Assembly (NCBI GenBank): GCA_963663765.2
Contig: CAXXUA010000005.1
Span: forward strand, 384,001-448,000
Direction: 5' to 3'
DNA: 64,000 nt
From: Candidatus Poribacteria bacterium
GTDB taxonomy: Bacteria; Poribacteria; WGA-4E; WGA-3G
The stretch's first letter is position 1; each line of letters opens with the position of its first letter. Made by a program: the position numbers and the translations under genes. Shown here piece by piece: positions 1 through 9,408 of the stretch. The notes under the pieces are model-generated. The model was not told where the DNA came from and made no database searches. It saw only the letters and a program-made list of their open reading frames with translations.

Positions 1-16
1 TATAAAGGAATGTCCT

Positions 17-778
17 ATGATCAAGAATATCCTCGTTTCTATAGGCGATACAGATTACGAGAGGAATGCCTTTGATTACGCAGGACAACTTGCTGTTCTT
101 TTAGAAACGCACCTCTCTTGTGTTTTTTTTCAAGACAGTTCCCATGGTGGGAGTGCAGAAGTCGCCGAAACGGTAATGCACCGTACCGAAAAGGAATGTG
201 CACTATACGATTTCTTAGATTATAGTATAGAAGCTGTTGCAGGTAACCCAAGACAGATGATCTGCCAAAAAGCACACTCCGCCGACTTAGTCGTAGTCGG
301 ACTCCCCGAAGAAATAAAAATCCGCGGATTAAAACTCATTCAAACACAGATTGATGATGTCCTAGCACATATCACAAAACCTATCATTATCGTACATGAA
401 CAGTGTACCTTATTACGAAAAATATTAACTGTTCACCATGGGGACATCTACTCGGACAACGTACTCTCCCTCTCCGCAGAAATTGGAGAATTAACTAAAT
501 CCAGTATATTTGGACTTGCACTTGCAGATACCACTCAAAAGGCAACCGAGATTAAGCAACAGATGGAATCCTATCTACAATTTTACGATGTCTCCACTGA
601 TTTTCTAACTGCCCTCGGCTTTACTGTAACAAATATTTTGGAAAATGCAGAGGCAAATGATTGTGATCTGATCGCCCTCAGTGCAAGCCATCACGGCAGA
701 TTATATGAGATGGTCTTCCAAAGCACCACTCAAACTGTCGTCAAACTCGCTAATCGTGCAGTACTGGTAACCAGATAA
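17..778 (+). CDS. Universal stress protein (tandem USP domains)
   Basis: N-terminal 'MIKNILVSI', 'ADLVVVG', second 'KILTV' domain, 'CDLIALSASHHGRLYEMVFQSTTQTVV..RAVLV' USP signature; RBS AAAGGA upstream. Confidence 0.85.
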   Translation: MIKNILVSIGDTDYERNAFDYAGQLAVLLETHLSCVFFQDSSHGGSAEVAETVMHRTEKECALYDFLDYSIEAVAGNPRQMICQKAHSADLVVVGLPEEIKIRGLKLIQTQIDDVLAHITKPIIIVHEQCTLLRKILTVHHGDIYSDNVLSLSAEIGELTKSSIFGLALADTTQKATEIKQQMESYLQFYDVSTDFLTALGFTVTNILENAEANDCDLIALSASHHGRLYEMVFQSTTQTVVKLANRAVLVTR

Positions 779-791
779 TAAGGAAACTCAC

Positions 792-3062
792 ATGGCAGCT
801 GCATCAGAAAATATAAAAGACCTCCAATTCCTGCAGATGTCATCCGATATGTTCGGATATATCCAATCTGACGGCACGTTATTACCACTCAATCCCTCCT
901 GGGAAAAGACACTCGGTTACTCTTGTGCAGAACTCCAAACACGACAGTGGTTAGAACTCGTCCATCCTGATGACCGACAAGTTACATCTGAAGAAATTGC
1001 TGAACTCAGTACAGAAAAAAACAATACAGTCTCCTTTGAAAATAGGTTTTTGTGTAACAATGGTGAATACAAGAGACTTCTTTGGTCGGTCAAGGTAGAT
1101 CCAACGGATGATCGATATTGTGTCGTTGTGCAAAATATTACAAGACAAAAACGGCTTGAAGCGAAACTACGACAAAGTGAGACACGATTCCAGCAATTAG
1201 CACAGACCCATTCACAAGAAAGCGACTTTCTGCACACACTCATGGATAATGCCCCCGACCACATATATTTTAAAGACATAGCAAGCAAATTCATACGTAT
1301 CAATCGTTCTCTTGCCAATCGTTTCGGACTCAAAAATCCCGCTGAGGCTATCGGAAAGAGTGATTTTGATTTTTTCACGCGCGAGCATGCACAGCAAGCA
1401 TATCAAGACGAAAGAACTGTCATTGAATCAGGAAAACCAATAGAAGGAAAACAAGAAAAAGAGACCTGGCCCGGCGGACAAGATACATGGGTTTCTACTA
1501 CCAAAGTACCAATACGAGATAGAAGTGGACGCATAAAAGGCACATGCGGTATCTCACGAGATATAACTGAATACCATCACGCAGAACAAGCACTGCGAGA
1601 TTCTGAAGCAAAATGGCGGTCATTGGTAGAAAGTGCTCCCGATATCATTTCAACTATTGACCTCAATTATACACTGGATTTTATCAATAGAATACCAGTT
1701 GGTGTTGACATCACGCAGGAAGAAGTACTCGGGAATAGTATCTTCGATTTTCTAACACAGGAACATCATGGAGGGTTTCGTAAGGCATGTCGACAAGTTA
1801 TTGAAACAGGTGAAGTCGCGGGGTATGAAATCCAAGGGAGACTCAGTAGAAACTGGTATTCATCTTGGATAGGACCGATTACACGTGATGGGGAAATAGT
1901 TGGATTCGTTGTAACTTCAACAAATATTACGGATAGGAAACAGGCTGAAATTGAACTGCAGGAAAGCGAAGAACGTTTTCGACGGGCAGTCCTAAATGCA
2001 CCCCTTCCTATCATGATTCACGCCGAAAACGGAGATGTAATCCTCATTAGTCGGACATGGACAGAACTCACCGGATATACTTCTGAAGATATGACTACAG
2101 TATCTAAATGGTTAGCACAAGCAAATAGTGATAAGAGCAACGAGATACAAGCATACCTCGGACAGGTTAATCAAGCTAAAGAACGAATCGCTCCAACGCG
2201 ATATGAAATTTTAACGAAGACCGGGAAAAGGCAGATATGGGAATTTAGTTCATCACTGCTCGGTGTGCAACCGGATGGACAACGTATTATCATTAGCATG
2301 GCACTTGACATCACCGAAAGAATAAAAGCAGAACACGCTATGCAAAGTGCAAAAGAAACCGCAGAATATGCAAGCAGAGCAAAAAGTGATTTCCTTGCTA
2401 ATATGAGCCATGAATTAAGGACACCTTTGAATGCTATCATCGGATTCGCAGAAATACTTAGAGATGAACTCGTCGGTCCAATTAACGATGAACAGAAGGA
2501 ATGCGTCAATGATATCCGTTTTAGCGGGCAGCATTTGTTGGAGATGATTAACGATATACTGGATCTGTCAAAGATTGAAGCCGGCAAAATGTTCTTACAA
2601 CTGGAGGAGATTGCTATCGTTGAAGCTGTTGAGGAAGTCAATGCAATCATCAATGCACTCGCAATGAAAAAGAACATTGAACTAACACTAACAGGTCCAG
2701 AAAACATAACTATTCAAGCAGACCGCGTAAAAATAAAACAGATCTTTTACAATTTACTTTCAAATGCTGTCAAATTCACTCCTGAAGGGGGTAAAGTCAC
2801 TACACAACTAAAAATTACCCGGAACAATCTACACGTCAAAGTTATTGATTCAGGAATAGGCATCGCAGAAGAAGATAAGATGAAGCTTTTCGCACCTTTT
2901 ACACAGATTGACACATCTAAGTCAAGACAGTATGGTGGGACAGGACTCGGTCTCGCGTTGACACAACGCTTGATTGAGTTACATGGGGGAGAAATTAGCG
3001 TCACAAGCGAAGAAGGGAAAGGCAGCACTTTCATTATTAATATTCCAACAACTCAACCCTAA
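792..3062 (+). CDS. Cytoplasmic multi-PAS sensor histidine kinase
   Basis: Four PAS/PAC repeats, H-box 'FLANMSHELRTPLNAI', N-box 'QIFYNLLSNAVKFT', G1 'DSGIGI', G2 'GGTGLGL'; no TM segment. Confidence 0.95.
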   Translation: MAAASENIKDLQFLQMSSDMFGYIQSDGTLLPLNPSWEKTLGYSCAELQTRQWLELVHPDDRQVTSEEIAELSTEKNNTVSFENRFLCNNGEYKRLLWSVKVDPTDDRYCVVVQNITRQKRLEAKLRQSETRFQQLAQTHSQESDFLHTLMDNAPDHIYFKDIASKFIRINRSLANRFGLKNPAEAIGKSDFDFFTREHAQQAYQDERTVIESGKPIEGKQEKETWPGGQDTWVSTTKVPIRDRSGRIKGTCGISRDITEYHHAEQALRDSEAKWRSLVESAPDIISTIDLNYTLDFINRIPVGVDITQEEVLGNSIFDFLTQEHHGGFRKACRQVIETGEVAGYEIQGRLSRNWYSSWIGPITRDGEIVGFVVTSTNITDRKQAEIELQESEERFRRAVLNAPLPIMIHAENGDVILISRTWTELTGYTSEDMTTVSKWLAQANSDKSNEIQAYLGQVNQAKERIAPTRYEILTKTGKRQIWEFSSSLLGVQPDGQRIIISMALDITERIKAEHAMQSAKETAEYASRAKSDFLANMSHELRTPLNAIIGFAEILRDELVGPINDEQKECVNDIRFSGQHLLEMINDILDLSKIEAGKMFLQLEEIAIVEAVEEVNAIINALAMKKNIELTLTGPENITIQADRVKIKQIFYNLLSNAVKFTPEGGKVTTQLKITRNNLHVKVIDSGIGIAEEDKMKLFAPFTQIDTSKSRQYGGTGLGLALTQRLIELHGGEISVTSEEGKGSTFIINIPTTQP

Positions 3063-3201
3063 AAAGCATAGTGCTTGCATCAAACGTTCCTAATGACGCA
3101 CCCAATTCCAAATCCTCAAACCATATATAGAGGTTGCTATCTATTGCAAAGTTAACGCTAAAAAATTACTCATAGCAATGCATATAATTAATTGGACATA
3201 T

Positions 3202-3258
3202 TGTAGCACAAACTTTGAGTTTGTGCAGATGCGGACACAACTAACAGTTTGTACTACA
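3202..3258. repeat. GTAG-type REP-like palindrome (TGTAGCACAAACT...AGTTTGTACTACA)
   Basis: Inverted arms; same family as the copy split by the IS at 25487-25530/27081-27101. Confidence 0.7.
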
Positions 3259-3304
3259 ACACCCTCGGTAGGTGCGGTTTCCTAACCAATGCAGAATACC
3301 ATAC

Positions 3305-3393
3305 GGGGAATGCTATAAAGCATTCATACCCGGGGAATACCATAAGGTATTCATACCCGGGGAATGCCTAAATGGCATTCATACCGTTGATTT
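3305..3393 (+). repeat. Tandem 27-bp hairpin units (GGGGAATRCY-loop-RGYATTCATACC)
   Basis: Three units with stems GAATGCT/AGCATTC, GAATACC/GGTATTC, GAATGCC/GGCATTC; dispersed copies at 14117, 36747, 45968, 59490. Confidence 0.75.
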
Positions 3394-3505
3394 CTTGATT
3401 ACTTGAATTGGCGTATTCTGCCGAACATAAATGTCCAATTAATTCTTAAGTCTACTATAAATCAATAATCTACCATATAATGTCTTTGGGTAAAGGAGCC
3501 TTGCG

Positions 3506-3904
3506 TTGAGTATGGAGAGACCGCAACCGATCTTAGTCATAGAAGACCAAGCGTTGAACCGTAAAGTTGTACGCATCCTCTTGCAATCCAGTGGATATCA
3601 AGTGATCGAAGCGATCAACGCGACTGAAGCACTTGCGGTTTTAGAAGAAACTGTTCCCGGACTCATTCTAATGGACATCGCTCTACCAGGAAAAAGTGGT
3701 GAAGAACTAACCCGACAGATAAAAACAAACCCAGATTGGGACAAAATCCCGATTATCGCCTTAACAGCCGCAGTCATGTCTGGTGATCGTGAAAGATTCA
3801 TAAAAGCTGGATGTGACGAATATATCAGCAAACCTATTGATACCCGAGTCCTATTAGAACGCGTGGCACACCATCTAAAAGGAAATACTACACATAATGC
3901 CTAA
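3506..3904 (+). CDS. Single-domain response regulator (DivK/CheY-like)
   Basis: 'ILVIED', 'LILMDIALPG', 'IIALTA', 'YISKPID' receiver motifs; AAGGAG RBS 7 nt before TTG. Confidence 0.92.
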   Translation: MSMERPQPILVIEDQALNRKVVRILLQSSGYQVIEAINATEALAVLEETVPGLILMDIALPGKSGEELTRQIKTNPDWDKIPIIALTAAVMSGDRERFIKAGCDEYISKPIDTRVLLERVAHHLKGNTTHNA

Positions 3905-5054
3905 AGCAGCAGCGAAAATACTTGTCGTTGACGATGAACCACGCAACATCAAAATACTACAGATACAATTGCAAGCACGCGGATACGACATCATCACAGC
4001 AGGTGACGGAGCTGAAGCACTACAAATTATCTCTAACGATCAACCAGATCTAATCCTATTAGATATCAACATGCCAAAAGTTGACGGTTTTGAAGTTGTT
4101 GAGAGAGTACGAGCAAATCAAAAAACTGAATTTATACCCATCGTTATGATCACTGCGTTGCGTGATACACAAGAAAACCGAATTAAAGCTGTTGAAGCTG
4201 GCGCAGACGACTTTATTGAAAAACCATTTAGTAGCTTTGAAGTCTTGGCTCGAATCAGGTCCCTCCTACGTATTAAACATTATCACGACAAACTTGAAAA
4301 ACACAATGCACGATTAGAGACAGAACTGCAAATGGCTCGCAGTGTTCAAGAAATAATCATCCCTCAAAACGGTACACAAGATTTAGTAGGATTTCATATT
4401 GCATCCTATTGCTATCCTGCTCTCGCAGTCGGTGGAGATTTCTTTGATATTTGGGAAATTGATGAAAACCGGATAGGAGTAATTATTTCTGACGTGATGG
4501 GACACGGCGCTTCCGCTGCACTTGTTACCGTATTTATTAAGACAATACTAACAGAACATCAAGAACACATAAAAGAAGATCCCGCGCAACTCCTTCAAAT
4601 CCTAAACACACGTTTCAGTGACATCATTAGCTCACGAATTTTTATGTTTGCCACAGCATTCTGTGGTATCTTTGATAAGAAAAAAAAACAACTCACCTGT
4701 GCAAATGCTGGACATCCATCTCCGTTTTTGCAACACGGCACTCAATCTGAGTGTGAACTAGTGACTGATAAACAGACAGGAAACGGCTTGGGCATTCGGA
4801 AAGAATCTGTATACGAAAACTGCTACTACCCGTTTGATGACTCAAGCAGGATATTTCTATATACCGATGGTGTTTATGAGGTAAAAAATGTAAAAGGAGA
4901 GGAATTTACTGTAGAAAAACTTCAAAAGGTGGTATCTACAACGCAGCATGAAACACCGGAAAAACTTATCCAGTGTATTTCTAACGCTATCACGGAATTC
5001 AACAGCGCAGCCCCAAACGAGGATGATTTAACATTGATTGCAATCCAACGTTAA
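3897..5054 (+). CDS. Receiver-domain PP2C/SpoIIE phosphatase (RsbU/RsbY-like)
   Basis: REC domain ('ILVVDD', 'LLDINMP') plus SpoIIE motifs 'VGGDFFD', 'DVMGHG', 'NAGHP', 'LYTDGVYE', 'EDDLTLI'. Confidence 0.93.
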   Translation: MPKAAAKILVVDDEPRNIKILQIQLQARGYDIITAGDGAEALQIISNDQPDLILLDINMPKVDGFEVVERVRANQKTEFIPIVMITALRDTQENRIKAVEAGADDFIEKPFSSFEVLARIRSLLRIKHYHDKLEKHNARLETELQMARSVQEIIIPQNGTQDLVGFHIASYCYPALAVGGDFFDIWEIDENRIGVIISDVMGHGASAALVTVFIKTILTEHQEHIKEDPAQLLQILNTRFSDIISSRIFMFATAFCGIFDKKKKQLTCANAGHPSPFLQHGTQSECELVTDKQTGNGLGIRKESVYENCYYPFDDSSRIFLYTDGVYEVKNVKGEEFTVEKLQKVVSTTQHETPEKLIQCISNAITEFNSAAPNEDDLTLIAIQR

Positions 5055-5497
5055 CCTTTTTCTGTTTGCCCATCTCTATAAAATATAGCGGTTACATCTG
5101 TCCCGCCAATAGCATTCGCTTGTAGTTTATGTACATCCGAAAGACATTCAATGAGGTATAAACCGTGTCCCCTTTCACCTGTCGGGGAACGTTTTGACTG
5201 AATCTCTGCAAGTTTGCCAGGTGTTAACCAATCATGGGGACCCTTTCCCCCTTTATCTTGAACAACTATCTCAAGAGCATGTGAGTCCACCGAAATTCGC
5301 AATTGAATGCCACATGTTACACATTTAGAACCGTGATAAACAGCGTTGCTACATATCTCATCAAGGGTGAGTTGGATATCTGCTATACGTTTCTTCGGAA
5401 ATTTGAGTGTTTCGGATAACTTTCCAATAAACGCTCGTACCGGTTCAATATAATACACATCACTCGGTACTTTCAACTCAATGTAAGTTTTCTCCAT
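5051..5497 (-). CDS. Anti-sigma factor / serine kinase (RsbW-like HATPase_c_2)
   Basis: 'LDEICSNAVYHG', 'VQDKG', 'ERGHGLYLIECLSD' motifs; immediately downstream of a STAS gene. Confidence 0.88.
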   Translation of the reverse strand: MEKTYIELKVPSDVYYIEPVRAFIGKLSETLKFPKKRIADIQLTLDEICSNAVYHGSKCVTCGIQLRISVDSHALEIVVQDKGGKGPHDWLTPGKLAEIQSKRSPTGERGHGLYLIECLSDVHKLQANAIGGTDVTAIFYRDGQTEKG

Positions 5498-5527
5498 GGG
5501 ATCACACCAGTTTTTCCGAGAAATTAA

Positions 5528-5872
5528 CTAAAAAGCTGCGATTGCACTCTTCTCAGATTCATAAATCTCAACGACGCTGGATGCCCCAATGAGATTGAAT
5601 GTTCGTGTGAGTGTTGACGCTAAATTGCAAAGTTTGAGATCGCCATCATTTTGGCGAAGCCGTTTCGCAATGCCCACTAACGTCCCTACTGCCGTGCTGT
5701 TGATGTGGTTTACTTCACTAAAATTCACCACAACTTTATCCACCTTTTCCGACAGAAGTCCTTCCAGAACCTTGCGTAAGTCAGAGGCAGCGTAACTACT
5801 CAAATCCGTCTTTACATCTATGATTTTGATATCTGCATTCTCTCTAATAATCATAAATTCGGTACCAGTCAT
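5528..5872 (-). CDS. Anti-anti-sigma factor (STAS domain, RsbV/SpoIIAA-like)
   Basis: 'VVVNFSEVNHINSTAVGTLV', 'GDLKLCNL'; start moved to ATG 5872 because of the GGAAGGTGG RBS and the upstream promoter. Confidence 0.88.
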   Translation of the reverse strand: MTGTEFMIIRENADIKIIDVKTDLSSYAASDLRKVLEGLLSEKVDKVVVNFSEVNHINSTAVGTLVGIAKRLRQNDGDLKLCNLASTLTRTFNLIGASSVVEIYESEKSAIAAF

Positions 5873-5908
5873 AAAATACCACCTTCCGTAATAAGAATCC
5901 GTATTTAT

Positions 5909-5937
5909 ATTGTAGTTTAGATACAAGAAAAAATCAA
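5909..5937 (-). promoter_or_regulatory. sigma70-type promoter for the STAS/RsbW pair
   Basis: TTGATT-17 nt-TACAAT on the minus strand. Confidence 0.55.
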
Positions 5938-6196
5938 GCATTTTTTAAGGGAAAGTGTAAATATTACGTAAGCATTGTGTATAAAGTTATCTTCACTTGT
6001 TTGAAAATCTTGGTTCAGACAATAAAACCTGCTAACAAAACCCATTGGCTATCTATGGGAAATATATTGGAAATCCCAATAAACAAACCTCAAAAAAACT
6101 ACAGAACCCATAAGAAATCACATATAACACCAATTCAAATAAATCTTGTCTCATTAAGGAATTCTACTGTTTACTGGCAGGGGGTTACTCTCTTCG

Positions 6197-6271
6197 GTAG
6201 GAGCGACCTCCCGGTCGCGACCGTATAGATACAATGAATCAGAACGATTGCGACCAGAAGGTCGCTCCTAC
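6197..6271. repeat. GTAG-type REP doublet (GTAGGAGCGACC...GGTCGCTCCTAC)
   Basis: Inverted arms; related copies at 12773-12814, 12907-12970, 45918-46039. Confidence 0.8.
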
Positions 6272-6518
6272 AAAGAGGGGAAATTTATCAAACAGTCGTG
6301 TACAGGATGTCATTTCTACCAACACGAGCAAAAATACCTGATAAGACAATGGAAATTTGGAGCACTTGATTATCAGGTAAATCCTGGTTCTGACACATGC
6401 AAAAAACTTTACACATCCGATACACTTATTTATCTGGAATATTTTAAATAGATGTGCTACAATACCTTAATAAGCAAGTAAAATTAGAACAAGTGTATCT
6501 CAACAAGAGGAAAAAGAC

Positions 6519-8432
6519 ATGAAAACATATCCCATTTTGCACTGGAACCACAGAAGTGGAGGAAACGCACATCAGGTATACCGCCAAATATTCAAATATA
6601 GCCTATTATGCATAATGTTGCTTTGTGTTATAGTCTCCGCGAATGCACAAGATCGTTTCGCAGATTCAGTCGGCACTGTCACGATACGCGAAGTTACATC
6701 CATATCCCCGTTGGTCGTACCCTATATTACATGGGGTGGTGAATCCGCACTGTTCCACGCGAACGGAGGATTGACAACGAAAACCGGTACAATCATGGAA
6801 AAACTCGGGTTGAATCTGAAGTTAGTCCCGGGCGATAATTTTGAGCAACAGGTACGCGACTATTTATCGGGAAAAACACCTATTCTACGCGGCACTTTCA
6901 GAATGATTGCCCAAGCAAGCGAAGTTATAGGAAAAGACCCACGCACCAAACCTGTTATATTTGGACAACTCACATGGTCGGCAGGTGACCATTTCGTTGG
7001 AAGAGCAAACATCCGTAAAATTTCCGACCTTAGTGGTAAGAAAATCGCTATCCAGAAAGGCGGTCCCCACGTGGGGATGCTCTACGACATGCTAAAAACT
7101 GCACGTCTCTCAAAAAACAATGTCCAAATCGTGTGGGTGGACGAATTAACAGGGACAAACGGACCAGCAGAACGTTTTCGCAAAGACTCGTCTATTGCGG
7201 GTTGTTTTGTGATCACACCTGACATGATCGGATTGACAGGTGGACCAGATAATACCGGTACTGGCGCAGAAGGCACCGTAAAAGACGCACATGTCGTCGT
7301 CAGCACTGCAACACTATCACGATCCATCGCTGATGTTTATGCATGTCGAAAAGATTTCTACGACACTTACAAACCATTTATTGAACGCTTCTTTGCTGGT
7401 TATCTAAAAGGGGCTGAAGAGGTGGTCGCTTTAAAGAAAGTATATGAAAAAAGCGGTTCAACTCAATACAATCAACTCCTGACAATGATACAGAATATAT
7501 ACGGAAAAGATATACTGCCAACGCTTGAAGAAGACGCACACGGGTTAATCGCTGATTGCACCTTTGTTGGACAACCAGGAAATGTCGCTTTTTTCAACGA
7601 CCCACGTAATACTATCACAGGCTTTGAAGGGTTCAATAAAGCAGGATTGGATATGGCAGTCAATTGGGGATTCGCAAAGCAACGATACGCAATGCTACCC
7701 TCTGATCTCAACTTCAATTCCAAGACCTTTAAGGATTTGCTTGCAACCACCGTCGCAGCAACAACTCAACTAAAACAGACACGATTTAAAAAGGAAACTG
7801 TAAGAGCAGAAATTGAATCTTTCAATGAGGACGCGGTTCTTGACGAAAAAACACTTATCTCATTTACAATTCAATTTGATGCGAATCAGGACACTTTTAG
7901 TGCTACACAATATAGTGATGAATTTGACAGAGTCGTTGAACTCGCTTCTAAATATGGAAATGCTGCTATTGCTATAAAAGGACATAGTGACCCATCAAGA
8001 ACGCTTAGCGTCCTAGTCAGAACGGGACTCTCAAAAGGATTTCTGAAGCGAACAGGAACACAAGGAAATTACAGATATTTTTTGAACGGCAAACCCTTTA
8101 GTCTTGAAAATACTGCTGATCTGATCAAACTCATAGAGCAAAGGAAAAATCAAGATGGTAGTGATGTGGAAAACCCCTACCAAGTCATGCGAGCAGCACT
8201 CAAACTCTCTGAACAACGTGGTGAAGCGGTGAAACAATCTATTATTGACTATGCACGCCGTAAAAACGCACGTATTGACGCTGACCAAATCGTTCCTGTC
8301 GGTGTTGGTATCAAAGAACCGGTTATTTCAAAACCGACAAGTCCCGCAGAGGCAGCTGAAAACCGACGTGTTGAATTCGCTCTCATCAAGGTCTCAGCCG
8401 AAGCTGTCGCCGCATCCGATTTTGACTTTTAG
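6519..8432 (+). CDS. NMT1/SsuA-like solute-binding protein fused to a C-terminal OmpA-like domain
   Basis: Signal peptide ('..VIVSANA|QD'), type II SBP motifs ('ITWGG', 'SAGD', 'DLSGKKIAIQKGGP'), OmpA-C motifs 'KGHSD', 'LSEQRGEAVK', 'NRRVEF' with a large insertion. Confidence 0.75.
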   Translation: MKTYPILHWNHRSGGNAHQVYRQIFKYSLLCIMLLCVIVSANAQDRFADSVGTVTIREVTSISPLVVPYITWGGESALFHANGGLTTKTGTIMEKLGLNLKLVPGDNFEQQVRDYLSGKTPILRGTFRMIAQASEVIGKDPRTKPVIFGQLTWSAGDHFVGRANIRKISDLSGKKIAIQKGGPHVGMLYDMLKTARLSKNNVQIVWVDELTGTNGPAERFRKDSSIAGCFVITPDMIGLTGGPDNTGTGAEGTVKDAHVVVSTATLSRSIADVYACRKDFYDTYKPFIERFFAGYLKGAEEVVALKKVYEKSGSTQYNQLLTMIQNIYGKDILPTLEEDAHGLIADCTFVGQPGNVAFFNDPRNTITGFEGFNKAGLDMAVNWGFAKQRYAMLPSDLNFNSKTFKDLLATTVAATTQLKQTRFKKETVRAEIESFNEDAVLDEKTLISFTIQFDANQDTFSATQYSDEFDRVVELASKYGNAAIAIKGHSDPSRTLSVLVRTGLSKGFLKRTGTQGNYRYFLNGKPFSLENTADLIKLIEQRKNQDGSDVENPYQVMRAALKLSEQRGEAVKQSIIDYARRKNARIDADQIVPVGVGIKEPVISKPTSPAEAAENRRVEFALIKVSAEAVAASDFDF

Positions 8433-8454
8433 GTTGATAAGTTAGGAGACTATC

Positions 8455-9381
8455 GTGAAAAAGGTAATAGAATCGTGGCTTTTTGTTCTTTTTATACTCG
8501 CTTCGGGACAAGTTAGTATTGCAGATACTGACTTACATACAGACAACATTATAGTTATTCTTGATGCCTCTGGTTCAATGAGGGAAAAGTTTCGCGCCGA
8601 TGAGTCCAAGTCAAAGATGGAGGCGGCTAAAGCTGCACTTAGAGAGGTGTTAGCCAAGGTTCCTGACGGTACGAATATCGGGCTACTTGTATTCAGTGGT
8701 AGTAATGTTCATAATGAATGGGTGTACCCATTAGGACCAAAGGATACAGAAATATTGATGGCAGCGATTGATAGACCGCAACCCGGCGGTGGCACACCGC
8801 TTGGAAAATATATGCGAATCGGCGCAAATCGACTCCTTGAACAGCGCGAAAAACAGTATAACTACGGAAACTATCGATTGCTAATCGTCACAGACGGTAT
8901 ATCACAGGATCAGGAAAAGGTTGAACAGTATACCCCCGATATTTTGAACAGACAAATTCGCGTAGACGTTATCGGTGTTGATATGGAAACCGATCATAGT
9001 TTAGCGAAGGATGCGGATAGTTACCGGAAGGCGGACAATCCAGGTGAACTTGTCGCTGCAGTCTCACAAATCCTCGCAGAAACTGGTGGAACCGGTACAG
9101 ACACGGATGGTGAAGATGCATTTGAAGACATTGAACCGCTTTCAGATGCTATCGCAAGAGACCTTATTAAACGAATTACCACACCACCGAGTAATAATGC
9201 TATTGACATAACAGCGACTGTAAGGACTACTCCCACACAGCCACAAACGACACAACAGCAGCCCCAACAACCCATACAACAACCAACACAACAACCCAGC
9301 GACAACAACTTCGTGTGGATTGCTATTGGACTCGCTATTATATTCGTAGGTATTCTTCTTTTTAGACGAATTGGAAAATAG
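8455..9381 (+). CDS. Exported vWA-domain protein with Q/P-rich linker and C-terminal TM anchor
   Basis: Signal peptide, MIDAS 'ILDASGSM', 'GGTPL', 'IVTDG', 'PQTTQQQPQQP' linker, hydrophobic tail ending 'FRRIGK'; AGGAG RBS before GTG. Confidence 0.88.
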   Translation: MKKVIESWLFVLFILASGQVSIADTDLHTDNIIVILDASGSMREKFRADESKSKMEAAKAALREVLAKVPDGTNIGLLVFSGSNVHNEWVYPLGPKDTEILMAAIDRPQPGGGTPLGKYMRIGANRLLEQREKQYNYGNYRLLIVTDGISQDQEKVEQYTPDILNRQIRVDVIGVDMETDHSLAKDADSYRKADNPGELVAAVSQILAETGGTGTDTDGEDAFEDIEPLSDAIARDLIKRITTPPSNNAIDITATVRTTPTQPQTTQQQPQQPIQQPTQQPSDNNFVWIAIGLAIIFVGILLFRRIGK

Positions 9382-9408
9382 TAGCAGTCCAAAGGATAGG
9401 GAACAACT

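Larger units (their letters stand above)
3173..3457. mobile_element. MITE-like element (TA-type ends, IS630/Tc1-like inferred) carrying nested REP-like and hairpin repeats
   Basis: Perfect inverted core AATTAATTGGACAT (3186-3199) / ATGTCCAATTAATT (3431-3444), each 13 nt inside TAG...CTA ends; related ends at 12872-13004. Confidence 0.55.

Noticed and set aside
3305-3393. Possible mini-CRISPR array
   Set aside because: The units are directly adjacent with no unique spacers, there are no cas genes, and the unit is a dispersed repeat
5977-6451. Two short + strand ORFs (83 and 67 aa)
   Set aside because: They run through REP and MITE-end repeats and lack an RBS and protein-like features
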